Of a stretch of 64,000 nucleotides of DNA, positions 45,201 to 57,800 are shown piece by piece; position 1 is the stretch's first letter; every line of letters begins with the position of its first letter. The notes beneath the pieces were generated by a model. The model was given only the letters and a program-made list of their open reading frames with translations. It ran no database searches and was not told where the DNA came from. The DNA is from Eledone cirrhosa (Eukaryota): NCBI GenBank assembly GCA_964016885.1, contig OZ024743.1:129766001-129830000 (forward strand), given 5' to 3'. A program made the position numbers and the translations under genes.

Positions 45201-45830
45201 GCAAACACCAAACACCAAACACCAAACATCAAACAGCAAACACCAAACACCAAGCACCAAACACCAAGTACCAAGCACCAAACACCAAGCACCAAGCACC
45301 AAACACCAAACCCCAAGCACCAAGCACCAAACACTAATCACCAAGCACCAAGCACCAAGCACCAAATACCAAGCACCAAGCACCAAACACAAAACACCAA
45401 GCATGCAGCACCAAACACCAAGCACCAAGCACCAAGCACCAAACACCAAGCACCAAGCACCAAACACCAAACACCAAACACCAAGCACCAAGCACCAAGC
45501 ACCAAACACCAAACACCAAGCACCAGACACCAAGCACCAAACACCAAACACCAAACACCAAGCACCAAGCACCAATCACCAAACAACAAGCACCAAGCAC
45601 CAAGCACCAAACACTAAGCACCAAAGACCAAAGACCAAACAGGAAACACCAAACACCAAACACCAAACACGAAACAGCAAACACCATACAGCAAACACCA
45701 AACACCAAAAAGCAGACAGCAAACAGCAAACACCAAACACCAAACACCAAACAGCAAACACCAAGCACCAAACACCAAGCACCAAGCACCGACACCAAAC
45801 CCCAAGCACCAAGCACCAAACACTAATCAC
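35630..45830 (+). repeat. Tandem ~5.1 kb duplication (about 35630-40735 and 40740-45830)
   Basis: Offsets: 5107 (35662/40769, 36163/41270, 36991/42098), 5114 (37513/42627), 5079 (38197/43276, 38659/43738, 39716/44795, 40255/45334). Confidence 0.92.
37100..40130 (+). repeat. ~1.5 kb tandem duplication nested in the 5.1 kb unit (mirrored at about 42210-45210)
   Basis: 37148/38659 (1511), 37513/39031 (1518), 38197/39716 (1519); second unit 42255/43738 (1483), 43290/44809 (1519). The 8-mer AACCATCA was seen only near 37202, 38713, 42309 and 43792. Confidence 0.88.
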
Positions 45831-47089
45831 CAAGCACCAAGCACCAAACACCAAGCACCAACCACCAAACACCAAACACCAAGCATCAATGACCAAGCAC
45901 CAAGCGCCAAACACCAAGCACCAAGCACCAAACACCAAGCACCAAGCACTAAACGCCAACCACCCAGCACCAAGCATCAAGCACCAAACACCAAGCACCA
46001 AAAAACCAAACACCAAGCACCAGGCACCAAGCACCAAGCACCAAACACCAAGCACCAAGCACCAAACACCAAGCACCAAGCACCAAACGCCAACCACCCA
46101 GCACCAAACACCAAACAACATGCACCAAGCACCAAGCACCAAACACCAAGCCCCAAGTACCAAGCACCAAACACCAAGCACCAAACACCAAACACCAAAC
46201 ACGAAACACCAAGCACCAAGCACCAATCACCAAACACCAAGAACCAAGCACCAAACACCAAACACCAAGCACCAAGCATCAAACACCAAACACCAAGCAC
46301 CAAGCACCAAACAACAAGCACCAAAGACCAAAGACCAAACAGGAAACACCAAACACCAAACACCAAACACCAAACAGCAAACACCAAACACGAAACAGCA
46401 AACACCATACAGCAAACACCAAAAACCAAAAAGCAGACAGCAAATAGCAAATAGCAAACACCAAACAGCAAACACCAAACACCAAGCACCAAACACCAAG
46501 CACCAAGCACCAAACACCAAGCACCAAGCACCAAACACCAAACCCCAAGCACCAAGCACCAAACACTAATCACCAAGCACCAAGCAGCAAACACCAAGCA
46601 CCAACCACCAAACAACAAACACCAAGCACCAAAGAACAAGCACCAAGCACCAAACACCAAACACCAAGCACCAAGCACCAAACACCAAGCACCAAGCACC
46701 AAACGCCAACAACCCAGCACCAAGCACCAAGCACCAAACACCAAACACCAAACACCAAGCACCAAGCACCAACCACCAAACACCAAGTACCAACACCAAA
46801 CACCAAGCACCAAACACCAAGCACCAAGCACCAAGCACCAAGCACCAAGCACCAAACACCAAACACCAAACACCAAGCACCAAGCACCAAGCACCAAACA
46901 CCAAGCCCCAAGTACCAAACACCAAACACCAAGCACCAAACACCAAGCACCTAGCACCAAACACCAAACACCAAGCACCAAGCACCAAACACCAAGCACC
47001 AATCACCAAGCACCAAACCCCAAGCAGCAAGCAGCAAGCACCAAACACCAAACTCCAAGCACCAAGCCCCAAGTACCAAGCACCAAACA

Positions 47090-50000
47090 CCGAGCACCAA
47101 AGACCAAGCACCAAGCACCAAACACCTAACACCTTATACCAAGCACCAAGCACCAAACACCAACCACCAAACACCAAGCACCAGGCACCAAGCACCAAAC
47201 ACCAAGCACCAAGCACCAAACACCAAGCACCAAGCACCAAGCACCAAACACCAAACACCAAACACCTAACACCAAGCACCAAGCACCAAACACCAAGCAC
47301 CAAACACCAAGCACCAAGCACCAAGCACCAAACACCAAGAACCAAGCACCAAGCACCAAGCACCAATTACAAACACCAAGCACCAAACACCAAACACCAA
47401 GCACCAAGCACCAAGCATCAAACACCAAGCATCAAAAACCAAACACCAAACACCAAGCACCAAACACCAAGCACCCTGCACCAAACACCAAGCACCAATC
47501 ACCAAGCACCAAACATGAAGCACCAAGCTCCAAGCACCAAACACCAAGCACCAAACACCAAACACCAAGCACCATGCACCAAGCACCAAACACCAAACAC
47601 CAAGCACCAAGCACCAAACACCAAACACCAAGCACTAAACACCAAGCACCAAGCACCAAACAACAGGCACCAGGCACCAAACACCAAGCACCAAGCACCA
47701 AACGCCAAGCACCAAACACCAAGCACCAAGCACCTAGCACCAAACACCAAATGGCAAACACCAAACACCAAACAGCAAACAGCAAACACCAAACACCAAG
47801 CACCAATCACCAAACAACAAGCACCAGGCACCAAGCACTAAACACCAAACACCAAGCACCAAGCACCAAACACCAAACACCAAGCACCAAGCACCAAACA
47901 CCAAGCACCAAAGACCAAACACCAAACAGCAAACACCAAACACGAAACAGCAAACACCATACAGCAAACACCAAACACCAAAAAGCAGACACCAAACAGC
48001 AAACAGCAAACACCAAACACCAAACAGCAAACACCAAACACCAAACACCAAACAGCAAACACCAAACACCAAGCACCAAACACCAAGCACCAAGCACCAA
48101 ACACCAAGCACCATGCACCAAACACCAAACCCCAAGCACCAAGCACCAAACACTAATCACCAAGCACCAAGCACCAAACACCAAGCACCAAGCACCAAAC
48201 ACCAAACACCAAGCACCAAAGACCAAGCACCAAGCACCAAACACCAAGCACCAAGCACCAAACACCAAGCACCAAGCACCAAACGCCAACCACCCAGCAC
48301 CAAGCACCAAGCACCAAACACAAAACACCAAGCACCAGGCACCAAGCACCAGGCACCAAACACCAAACACCAAACACCAAGCACCAAGCACCAACCACCA
48401 AACACCAAGTACCAAGCACCAAACACCAAGCACCGAACACCAAGCACCAAGCACCAAGCACCTAGCACCTAACACCAAACACCAAGCACCAAGCACCAAA
48501 AACCAAGCACCAATCACCAAGCACCAAACCCCAAGCAGCAAGCAGCAAGCACCAAACACCAAACACCAAGCACCAAGCACCAAACACCAAGCACCAAGCA
48601 CCAAACACCTAACACCTTACACCAAGCACCAAGCACCAAACACCAAGCACCAAGCACCAAACACCAAGCACCAAGCACCAAGCACCAAACACCAAACACC
48701 AAACACCAAGCACCAAGCACCAAGCACCAAACTCCAAGCACCAAACACCAAGCACCAAGCACCAAGTACAAACACCAAGCACCAAGCACCAAACACGAAA
48801 CACCAAGCACCAAGCACCAAGCATCAAACACCAAGCATCAAAAACCAAACACCAAACACCAAGCACCAAACACCAAGCACCCTGCACCAAACACCAAGCA
48901 CCAATCACCAAGCACCAAACACGAAGCACCAAGCTCCAAGCACCAAACACCAAGCACCAAACACCAAACACCAAGCACCATGCACCAAGCACCAAACACC
49001 AAACACCAAGCACCAAGCACTAAACACCAAGCACCAAGCACCAAACAACAAGCACCAGGCACCAAACACCAAGCACCAAGCACCAAACGCCAAGCACCAA
49101 ACACCAAGCACCAAGCACCAAGCACCAAACACCAAACGGCAAACACCAAACACCAAACGCCAAGCACCAAACACCAAACACCAAGCACCAATCACAAAAC
49201 AACAAGCTCCAGGCACCAAGCACTAAACACCAAAAACCAAGCACCAAGCACCAAACACCAAGCACCAAAGACCAAACACCAAACAGCAAACACCAAACAC
49301 GAAACAGCAAACACCATACAGCAAACACCAAACACCAAAAACCAGACACCAAACAGTAAACACCAAACACCAAACACCAAGCACCAAGCACCAAGCACCT
49401 AGCACCAAACACCAAACACCAAGCACCAAGCACCAAACACCAAGCACCAATCACCAAGCACCAAACCCCAAGCAGCAAGCAGCAAGCACCAAACACCAAA
49501 CACCAAGCACCAAGCACCAAAGACCAAGCACCAAGCACCAAACACCAACCACCAAACACCAAGCACCAGGCACCAAGCACCAAACACCAAGCACCAACCA
49601 CCAAACACCAAGCACCAAGCACTAAACGCCAACCACCCAGCACCAAGCACCAAGCACCAAACACCAAACACCAAACACCAAGCACCAAGCACCAAGCACC
49701 AAACACCAAGCCCCAAGTACCAAACACCAAACACCAAGCACCAAACACCAAGCACCAAGCACCAAGCACCTAGCACCAAACACCAAACACCAAGCACCAA
49801 GCACCAAACACCAAGCACCAATCACCAAGCACCAAACCCCAAGCAGCAAGCAGCAATCACCAAACACCAAACTCCAAGCACCAAGCACCAAAGACCAAGC
49901 ACCAAGCACCAAGCACCAAACACCTAACACCTTATACCAAGCACCAAGCACCAAACACCAACCACCAAACACCAAGCACCAGGCACCAAGCACCAAACAC

Positions 50001-53000
50001 CAAGCACCAAGCACCAAACACCAAGCACCAAGCACCAAGCACCAAACACCAAACACCAAACACCTAACACCAAGCACCAAGCACCAAACACCAAGCACCA
50101 AACACCAAGCACCAAGCACCAAGCACCAAACACCAAGAACCAAGCACCAAGCACCAAGCACCAAGTACAAACACCAAGCACCAAACACCAAACACCAAGC
50201 ACCAAGCACCAAGCATCAAACACCAAGCATCAAAAACCAAACACCAAACACCAAGCACCAAACACCAAGCACTCTGCACCAAACACCAAGCACCAATCAC
50301 CAAGCACCAAACATGAAGCACCAAGCTCCAAGCACCAAACACCAAGCACCAAACACCAAACACCAAGCACCATGCACCAAGCACCAAACACCAAACACCA
50401 AGCACCAAGCACCAAACACCAAACACCAAGCACTAAACACCAAGCACCAAGCACCAAACAACAGGCACCAGGCACCAAACACCAAGCACCAAGCACCAAA
50501 CGCCAAGCACCAAACACCAAGCACCAAGCACCTAGCACCAAACACCAAATGGCAAACACCAAACACCAAACAGCAAACAGCAAACACCAAACACCAAGCA
50601 CCAATCACCAAACAACAAGCACCAGGCACCAAGCACTAAACACCAAACACCAAGCACCAAGCACCAAACACCAAACACCAAGCACCAAGCACCAAACACC
50701 AAGCACCAAAGACCAAACACCAAACAGCAAACACCAAACACGAAACAGCAAACACCATACAGCAAACACCAAACACCAAAAAGCAGACACCAAACAGCAA
50801 ACAGCAAACACCAAACACCAAACAGCAAACACCAAACACCAAACACCAAACAGCAAACACCAAACACCAAGCACCAAACACCAAGCACCAAGCACCAAAC
50901 ACCAAGCACCATGCACCAAACACCAAACCCCAAGCACCAAGCACCAAACACTAATCACCAAGCACCAAGCACCAAACACCAAGCACCAAGCACCAAACAC
51001 CAAACACCAAGCACCAAAGACCAAGCACCGAGCACCAAACACCAAGCACCAAGCACCAAACACCAAGCACAAAGCACCAAACGCCAACCACCCAGCACCA
51101 AGCACCAAGCACCAAACACAAAACACCAAGCACCAGGCACCAAGCACCAGGCACCAAACACCAAACACCAAACACCAAGCACCAAGCACCAACCACCAAA
51201 CACCAAGTACCAAGCACCAAACACCAAGCACCAAACACCAAGCACCAAGCACCAAGCACCTAGCACCTAACACCAAACACCAAGCACCAAGCACCAAAAA
51301 CCAAGCACCAATCACCAAGCACCAAACCCCAAGCAGCAAGCAGCAAGCACCAAACACCAAACACCAAGCACCAAGCACCAAGCACCAAGCACCAAGCACC
51401 AAACACCTAACACCTTACACCAAGCACCAAGCACCAAACACCAAGCACCAAGCACCAAACACCAAGCACCAAGCACCAAGCACCAAACACCAAACACCAA
51501 ACACCAAGCACCAAGCACCAAGCACCAAACTCCAAGCACCAAACACCAAGCACCAAGCACCAAGTACAAACACCAAGCACCAAGCACCAAACACGAAACA
51601 CCAAGCACCAAGCACCAAGCATCAAACACCAAGCATCAAAAACCAAACACCAAACACCAAGCACCAAACACCAAGCACCCTGCACCAAACACCAAGCACC
51701 AATCACCAAGCACCAAACACGAAGCACCAAGCTCCAAGCACCAAACACCAAGCACCAAACACCAAGCACCTAGCACCAAACACCAAACACCAAGCACCAA
51801 GCACCAAACACCAAGCACCAAGCACCAAGCACCTAGCACCAAACACCAAACACCAAGCACCAAGCACCAAACACCAAGCACCAATCACCAAGCACCAAAC
51901 CCCAAGCAGCAAGCAGCAAGCACCAAACACCAAACACCAAGCACCAAGCACCAAAGACCAAGCACCAAGCACCAAACACCAACCACCAAACACCAAGCAC
52001 CAGGCACCAAGCACCAAACACCAAGCACCAACCACCAAACACCAAGCACCAAGCACTAAACGCCAACCACCCAGCACCAAGCACCAAGCACCAAACACCA
52101 AACACCAAACACCAAGCACCAAGCACCAAGCACCAAACACCAAGCCCCAAGTACCAAACACCAAACACCAAGCACCAAACACCAAGCACCAAGCACCAAG
52201 CACCTAGCACCAAACACCAAACACCAAGCACCAAGCACCAAACACCAAGCACCAATCACCAAGCACCAAACCCCAAGCAGCAAGCAGCAAGCACCAAACA
52301 CCAAACTCCAAGCACCAAGCACCAAAGACCAAGCACCAAGCACCAAACACCTAACACCTTATACCAAGCACCAAGCACCAAACACCAACCACCAAACACC
52401 AAGCACCAGGCACCAAGCACCAAACACCAAGCACCAAGCACCAAACACCAAGCACCAAGCACCAAGCACCAAACACCAAACACCAAACACCTAACACCAA
52501 GCACCAAGCACCAAACACCAAGCACCAAACACCAAGCACCAAGCACCAACCACCAAACACCAAGAACCAAGCACCAAGCACCAAGCACCAAGTACAAACA
52601 CCAAGCACCAAACACCAAACACCAAGCACCAAGCACCAAGCATCAAACACCAAGCATCAAAAACCAAACACCAAACACCAAGCACCAAACACCAAGCACC
52701 CTGCACCAAACACCAAGCACCAATCACCAAGCACCAAACATGAAGCACCAAGCTCCAAGCACCAAACACCAAGCACCAAACACCAAACACCAAGCACCAT
52801 GCACCAAGCACCAAACACCAAACACCAAGCACCAAGCACCAAACACCAAACACCAAGCACTAAACACCAAGCACCAAGCACCAAACAACAGGCACCAGGC
52901 ACCAAACACCAAGCACCAAGCACCAAACGCCAAGCACCAAACACCAAGCACCAAGCACCTAGCACCAAACACCAAATGGCAAACACCAAACACCAAACAG

Positions 53001-54880
53001 CAAACAGCAAACACCAAACACCAAGCACCAATCACCAAACAACAAGCACCAGGCACCAAGCACTAAACACCAAACACCAAGCACCAAGCACCAAACACCA
53101 AACACCAAGCACCAAGCACCAAACACCAAGCACCAAAGACCAAACACCAAACAGCAAACACCAAACACGAAACAGCAAACACCATACAGCAAACACCAAA
53201 CACCAAAAAGCAGACACCAAACAGCAAACAGCAAACACCAAACACCAAACAGCAAACACCAAACACCAAACACCAAACAGCAAACACCAAACACCAAGCA
53301 CCAAACACCAAGCACCAAGCACCAAACACCAAGCACCATGCACCAAACACCAAACCCCAAGCACCAAGCACCAAACACTAATCACCAAGCACCAAGCACC
53401 AAACACCAAGCACCAAGCACCAAACACCAAACACCAAGCACCAAAGACCAAGCACCAAGCACCAAACACCAAGCACCAAGCACCAAACACCAAGCACAAA
53501 GCACCAAACGCCAACCACCCAGCACCAAGCACCAAGCACCAAACACAAAACACCAAGCACCAGGCACCAAGCACCAGGCACCAAACACCAAACACCAAAC
53601 ACCAAGCACCAAGCACCAAGCACCAAACACCAAGTACCAAGCACCAAACACCAAGCACCAAACACCAAGCACCAAGCACCAAGCACCTAGCACCTAACAC
53701 CAAACACCAAGCACCAAGCACCAAACACCAAGCACCAATCACCAAGCACCAAACCCCAAGCAGCAAGCAGCAAGCACCAAACACCAAACACCAAGCACCA
53801 AGCACCAAACACCAAGCACCAAGCACCAAACACCTAACACCTTACACCAAGCACCAAGCACCAAACACCAAGCACCAAGCACCAAACACCAAGCACCAAG
53901 CACCAAGCACCAAACACCAAACACCAAACACCAAGCACCAAGCACCAAGCACCAAACTCCAAGCACCAAACACCAAGCACCAAGCACCAAGTACAAACAC
54001 CAAGCACCAAGCACCAAACACGAAACACCAAGCACCAAGCACCAAGCATCAAACACCAAGCATTAAAAACCAAACACCAAACACCAAGCACCAAACACCA
54101 AGCACCCTGCACCAAACACCAAGCACCAATCACCAAGCACCAAACACGAAGCACCAAGCTCCAAGCACCAAACACCAAGCACCAAACACCAAACACCAAG
54201 CACCATGCACCAAGCACCAAACACCAAACACCAAGCACCAAGCACTAAACACCAAGCACCAAGCACCAAACAACAAGCACCAGGCACCAAACACCAAGCA
54301 CCAAGCACCAAACGCCAAGCACCAAACACCAAGCACCAAGCACCAAGCACCAAACACCAAACGGCAAACACCAAACACCAAACGCCAAGCACCAAACACC
54401 AAACACCAAGCACCAATCACAAAACAACAAGCACCAGGCACCAAGCACTAAACACCAAAAACCAAGCACCAAGCACCAAACACCAAGCACCAAAGACCAA
54501 ACACCAAACAGCAAACACCAAACACGAAACAGCAAACACCATACAGCAAACACCAAACACCAAAAACCAGACACCAAACAGTAAACACCAAACACCAAAC
54601 ACCAAGCACCAAGCACCAAGCACCTAGCACCAAACACCAAACACCAAGCACCAAGCACCAAACACCAAGCACCAATCACCAAGCACCAAACCCCAAGCAG
54701 CAAGCAGCAAGCACCAAACACCAAACACCAAGCACCAAGCACCAAAGACCAAGCACCAAGCACCAAACACCAACCACCAAACACCAAGCACCAGGCACCA
54801 AGCACCAAACACCAAGCACCAACCACCAAACACCAAGCACCAAGCACTAAACGCCAACCACCCAGCACCAAGCACCAAGG
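47090..54880 (+). repeat. Three-copy higher-order block (offsets 2798, 2427/2434, 5225) built from ~1.4 kb sub-units
   Basis: 47126/49924/52351, 47432/50230/52657, 47574/50372/52799, 48514/51312/53739, 48838/51636/54063; 49399/51833/54624. Confidence 0.9.
47906..48066 (+). repeat. Representative A-ending CAGCAAA-rich sub-domain (recurs throughout the array)
   Basis: 23 consecutive monomers all end in A: CACCAAA GACCAAA CACCAAA CAGCAAA CACCAAA CACGAAA CAGCAAA CACCATA CAGCAAA CACCAAA CACCAAA AAGCAGA... Homologues lie near 4970-5100, 6620-6720, 7115-7270, 13900-14145, 21390-21530, 36665-36910, 50704-50864 and 63660-63920. Confidence 0.88.
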
Positions 54881-57800
54881 ACCAAACACCAAGCACCAAA
54901 AACCAAACACCAAGCACCAGGCACCATGCACCAAGCACCAAACACCAAGCCCCAAGCACCAAGCACCAAGCACCAAACACCAAGCACCAAAGACTAAACA
55001 CCAAACAGCAAAGACCAAACACGAAACAGCAAACACCATACAGCAAACACCAAACACCAAACAACAAACAGCAAACAGCAAACACCAAACACCAAGCACC
55101 AAACACCAAGTACCAAACACCAAACACCAAGCACCAAGCACCAAACACCAAGCACCAAGCACCAAACTCTAATCACCAAGCACCAAGCACCAAGCACCAA
55201 ATACCAAGCACCAAGCACCAAGAACCAAACAGCAAACACCAAACACCAAGCACCAAACACCAAGTACCAAACACAAACACCAAGCACCAAGCACCAAACA
55301 CCAAACTCCAAGCACCAAGCACCAAACACTAATCACCAAGCACCAAGCACCAAGCACCAAATACCAAGCACCAAGCACCAAGAACCAAACACCAAACACC
55401 AAGCATGCAGCACCAAACACCAACCACCAAGCACCAAGCACCAAAGACCAAGCACCAAGCACCAAGCACCAAAGACCAAGCACCAAGCACCAAACACCAA
55501 ACACCAAACACCAAGCACCAAGCACCAAACACCAAACACCAAGCACCAAACACCAAACACCAAGCACCAAACACCAAGCACCAAGCACCAAACGCCAACC
55601 ACCCAGCACCAAGCACCAAGCACCAAACACCAAGCAGCAAACACCAAACAGCAAACACCAGACACCAAACAGCAAACACCAAACACCAAGCACCAAACAT
55701 CAAACACCAAGCACCAAGCCCCAAGCACCAAGCACCAAGCACCAAGCACCAAACACCAAGCCCCAAGCACCAAGCACCAAGCACCAAACACCAAGCACCA
55801 AGCTCCAAACACCAAGCACCTTAGCACCAAACGCCAACCACCCAGCACCAAGCACCAAGCACCAAACACCAAACACCAAACACCAAACACCAAGCACCAA
55901 GCACCAAACACCAAGCCCCAAGTACCTAGCACCAAACACCGAGCACCAAACACCAAGCACCAAGCACCTAGCACCAAACACCAAACACCAAGCACCAAGC
56001 ACCAAGCACCAATCACCAAGCACCAAACACCAAGCACCAAGCACCAAACACCAAGCACCAAATACCAAACACCAAACACCAAGCACCAAGCACCAAACAC
56101 CAAGCACCAAGCACCAAACACCAAGCACCAAACACCAAACACCAAGCACCAAGCACCAAACACCAAGCACCAATCACAAAACAACAAGCACCAGGCACCA
56201 AGCACTAAACACCAAAAACCAAGCACCAAGCACCAAACACCAAGCACCAAAGAGCAAACACCAAACAGCAAACACCAAACATGAAACAGCAAACACCATA
56301 CAGCAAACACCAAACACCAAAAAGTAGACACCAAACAGCAAAAACCAAACACCAAACACCAAGCACCAAGCACCAAACACCAAGCACCAAAGACTAAACA
56401 CCAAACAGCAAAGACCAAACACGAAACAGCAAACACCATACAGCAAACACCAAACACCAAACAACAAACAGCAAACAGCAAACACCAAACACCAAGCACC
56501 AAACACCAAGTACCAAACACCAAACACCAAGCACCAAGCACCAAACACCAAGCACCAAGCACCAAACTCTAATCACCAAGCACCAAGCACCAAGCACCAA
56601 ACACCAAGCACCAATCACAAAACACCAAGCACCAGGCACCAAGCACCAGGCACCAAACACCAAACACCAAACACCAAGCACCAAGCACCAAGCACCAAAC
56701 ACCAAGTACCAAGCACCAAACACCAAGCACCAAACACCAAGCACCAAGCACCAAGCACCTAGCACCTAACACCAAACACCAAGCACCAAGCACCAAACAC
56801 CAAGCACCAATCACCAAGCACCAAACCCCAAGCAGCAAGCAGCAAGCACCAAACACCAAACACCAAGCACCAAGCACCAAACACCAAGCACCAAGCACCA
56901 AACACCAAACACCAAGCACCAAAGACCAAGCACCAAGCACCAAACACCAAGCACCAAGCACCAAACACCAAGCACAAAGCACCAAACGCCAACCACCCAG
57001 CACCAAGCACCAAGCACCAAACACAAAACACCAAGCACCAGGCACCAAGCACCAGGCACCAAACACCAAACACCAAACACCAAGCACCAAGCACCAAGCA
57101 CCAAACACCAAGTACCAAGCACCAAACACCAAGCACCAAACACCAAGCACCAAGCACCAAGCACCTAGCACCTAACACCAAACACCAAGCACCAAGCACC
57201 AAACACCAAGCACCAATCACCAAGCACCAAACCCCAAGCAGCAAGCAGCAAGCACCAAACACCAAACACCAAGCACCAAGCACCAAACACCAAGCACCAA
57301 GCACCAAACACCTAACACCTTACACCAAGCACCAAGCACCAAACACCAAGCACCAAGCACCAAACACCAAGCACCAAGCACCAAGCACCAAACACCAAAC
57401 ACCAAACACCAAGCACCAAGCACCAAGCACCAAACTCCAAGCACCAAACACCAAGCACCAAGCACCAAGTACAAACACCAAGCACCAAGCACCAAACACG
57501 AAACACCAAGCACCAAGCACCAAGCATCAAACACCAAGCATTAAAAACCAAACACCAAACACCAAGCACCAAACACCAAGCACCCTGCACCAAACACCAA
57601 GCACCAATCACCAAGCACCAAACACGAAGCACCAAGCTCCAAGCACCAAACACCAAGCACCAAACACCAAACACCAAGCACCATGCACCAAGCACCAAAC
57701 ACCAAACACCAAGCACCAAGCACTAAACACCAAGCACCAAGCACCAAACAACAAGCACCAGGCACCAAACACCAAGCACCAAGCACCAAACGCCAAGCAC

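Noticed and set aside
10404-54451. Long plus-strand ORFs (507, 524, 861, 513, 550, 611 aa) resembling mucin or extensin-like repeat proteins
   Set aside because: The plus strand has almost no T, so stops are rare by composition. The DNA period is 7, paralogues differ by 7-bp and 1-bp frame-breaking indels, and there is no signal peptide or unique terminus.
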